From NCBI GenBank assembly GCA_949373255.1, contig CASICS010000004.1, positions 41,625-105,624 of the forward strand: a DNA stretch of 64,000 nucleotides, written 5' to 3'. The translations under genes and the position numbers were made by a program. Shown here in pieces: positions 62,408 through 64,000 of the stretch (positions are counted from its first letter, which is position 1; every line of letters begins with the position of its first letter). The stretch is from an uncultured SAR86 cluster bacterium (GTDB taxonomy: Bacteria > Pseudomonadota > Gammaproteobacteria > Magnimaribacterales > AG-339-G14). The notes below the pieces were generated by a model. The model saw only the letters and a list, made by a program, of their open reading frames with translations, did not search any database and was not told where the DNA came from.

Positions 62408-64000
62408 ATGAATCCTAAAGATATAAGAAATATTGCAATCATAGCTCACGTTGATCACGGGAAAACTACTCTAGTTGATAAATTACTTGAACAATCTGGA
62501 ACCCTCGATAGAAAAAGCATGGGATCAGAAAGAATCATGGATTCTAACGATCAAGAAAAAGAAAGAGGCATAACAATTCTGGCAAAAAATACTGCCATTA
62601 TGTGGAAAGAACATAAAATAAATATTGTAGACACGCCTGGTCACGCAGACTTTGGCGGAGAAGTAGAGAGGGTATTATCTATGGTAGATTCCGTTCTGCT
62701 TTTAGTCGATGCTGTAGATGGGCCAATGCCTCAAACTAGATTTGTAACAGAAAAAGCTTTTGAACAAGGTTTGAATCCAATATTAGTTATAAATAAAATT
62801 GATCGTCCTGGTGCGAGGCCTGATTGGGTTCTTGATCAAGTTTTCGATTTATTTGATAGATTAGGAGGAAATGACGAACAGTTAGATTTTCCGGTTATTT
62901 ATGCATCAGCTTTAAACGGAGTTGCAGGTCTAGAACTAGATAATGTTCAAGATGATATGTCTCCATTACTCGATTTAGTTCTTTCTAAAGTAAAACCACC
63001 TGAAGTTGATCTCAACAAACCATTTCAAATGCAAATAAGTGCTTTAGATAGTAATAGCTATGTAGGTGTAATAGGAATAGGCAGAATAACTGGTGGAAAA
63101 TTAAAGACAAACGATCAGGTTACAATAATTGATAAAGACGCAAAAGAGAGAAAAGGAAAAGTTTTACAAGTTCTTAGTCATGATGGCCTAGAAAGAGTAG
63201 AGGTCCCCGAAGCTGAAGCTGGAGACATTGTTTGTATAACTGGTGTCGATAAGTTGTTTATTTCAGATACTTTATGTGACCCATTAAATGTTGAAGCTAT
63301 GCCAGCTTTATCTGTTGATGAGCCTACAGTTAGTATGACTTTTCAAGTTAATGACTCCCCTTTTGCAGGTCTAGATGGAAAATTTGTTACTTCTCGAAAT
63401 ATTAAAGAACGTTTGGAGCAAGAACTTTTAAGTAATGTTGCTTTGCGAGTTGAGCCTGGAGCAAGTTCAGATAAATTTAAAGTTTCCGGCAGAGGTGAAT
63501 TACATTTGTCGGTTCTTATCGAATCAATGCGTAGAGAGGGATTTGAACTTGGCGTTTCAAAACCTGAAGTCATCCAAAAGGATGTTGATGGTGTTACCCA
63601 TGAGCCTTTCGAGCAGATAGTTATCGATATAGAAGAAGAACATCAAGGTCCAATCATGGAAGAAATGGGTTTAAGAAAAGCTGAGTTAACTAATATGACG
63701 CCAGATGGCAAGGGTAGATTAAAATTAGAATTCATAGCTCCTTCTAGAGGAATTATAGGTTTTAGATCACAATTTTTAACATTAACAAGTGGGTCTGGAA
63801 TACTAACGAGTGTATTTGATCATTATGGTCCGGCAAAAAAGGGGGAAGTTACCACAAGACAAAATGGTGTTCTTGTTTCAATGATTGGAGGTAAAACCTT
63901 AGCCTACTCATTATTTAATTTACAAAATCGTGGAAAACTTTTTGTTGGTCATGGGTTGGAGGTTTATAAAGGTCAGATTGTTGGCTTACACTCCCGAGAC
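62408..64000 (+). CDS. typA: translational GTPase TypA/BipA (N-terminal 531 aa; continues beyond the window)
   Basis: The translation MNPKDIRNIAIIAHVDHGKTTLVDKLL...DSNDQEKERGITILAKNT...NIVDTPGHADFGGEVER shows G1-G3 motifs and BipA-type sequence. It is missing from the ORF track because it runs off the edge. Confidence 0.9.
   Translation, partial: MNPKDIRNIAIIAHVDHGKTTLVDKLLEQSGTLDRKSMGSERIMDSNDQEKERGITILAKNTAIMWKEHKINIVDTPGHADFGGEVERVLSMVDSVLLLVDAVDGPMPQTRFVTEKAFEQGLNPILVINKIDRPGARPDWVLDQVFDLFDRLGGNDEQLDFPVIYASALNGVAGLELDNVQDDMSPLLDLVLSKVKPPEVDLNKPFQMQISALDSNSYVGVIGIGRITGGKLKTNDQVTIIDKDAKERKGKVLQVLSHDGLERVEVPEAEAGDIVCITGVDKLFISDTLCDPLNVEAMPALSVDEPTVSMTFQVNDSPFAGLDGKFVTSRNIKERLEQELLSNVALRVEPGASSDKFKVSGRGELHLSVLIESMRREGFELGVSKPEVIQKDVDGVTHEPFEQIVIDIEEEHQGPIMEEMGLRKAELTNMTPDGKGRLKLEFIAPSRGIIGFRSQFLTLTSGSGILTSVFDHYGPAKKGEVTTRQNGVLVSMIGGKTLAYSLFNLQNRGKLFVGHGLEVYKGQIVGLHSRD

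Overview
AT-rich (about one-third G+C by eye), very gene-dense chromosomal segment from a streamlined gammaproteobacterium. Gene order matches Pseudomonas-type blocks: hflKC-hisZ-purA, algC-argB, ponA/aroK-aroB-gltBD, and argC-erpA-anmK-M23 peptidase-tyrS-rrn. A marine SAR86-like origin is plausible but cannot be shown without a 16S search. I support about 57 protein genes, two of them cut by the window edges (purA at the start, typA at the end). There is one complete rRNA operon on the minus strand (16S 43853-45385, 23S 40571-43481, 5S 40367-40481). I also call three clear hairpin terminators and two coding tandem-repeat tracts. I found no transposase, integrase, CRISPR array, tRNA gene, or recognisable defence or toxin-antitoxin system. 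Most content is housekeeping: purine, His, Arg, aromatic, pantothenate, thiamine and folate biosynthesis, LPS core and lipid A, GOGAT, Acs, and translation factors. The points most worth a second look are: (1) DksA carries an N-terminal basic pentapeptide repeat (AKKAP/AKKVV), and ribosomal protein L31 carries a C-terminal acidic repeat with the same pattern and opposite charge ([10 protein letters not shown]). The two 30-nt DNA units are about 23/30 identical, and the L31 tract is broken by a 1-nt deletion. (2) A same-strand cluster encodes a CobS-like AAA+ protein, a CobT-like VWA protein, a di-iron oxygenase, a 2OG-Fe(II) oxygenase and a type II (eukaryote/Staphylococcus-type) pantothenate-kinase homologue, with no other cobalamin genes nearby. 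(3) A tight cluster encodes a GT4 glycosyltransferase, a methyltransferase and a QW-repeat toroid protein, flanked by a second methyltransferase and an alpha/beta hydrolase. (4) The AT-rich 16S-23S spacer has no tRNA. (5) Streamlining signatures include hfq-hflX missing between miaA and hflK, pilMNOPQ missing between ponA and aroK, and six convergent gene pairs that overlap at their 3' ends.
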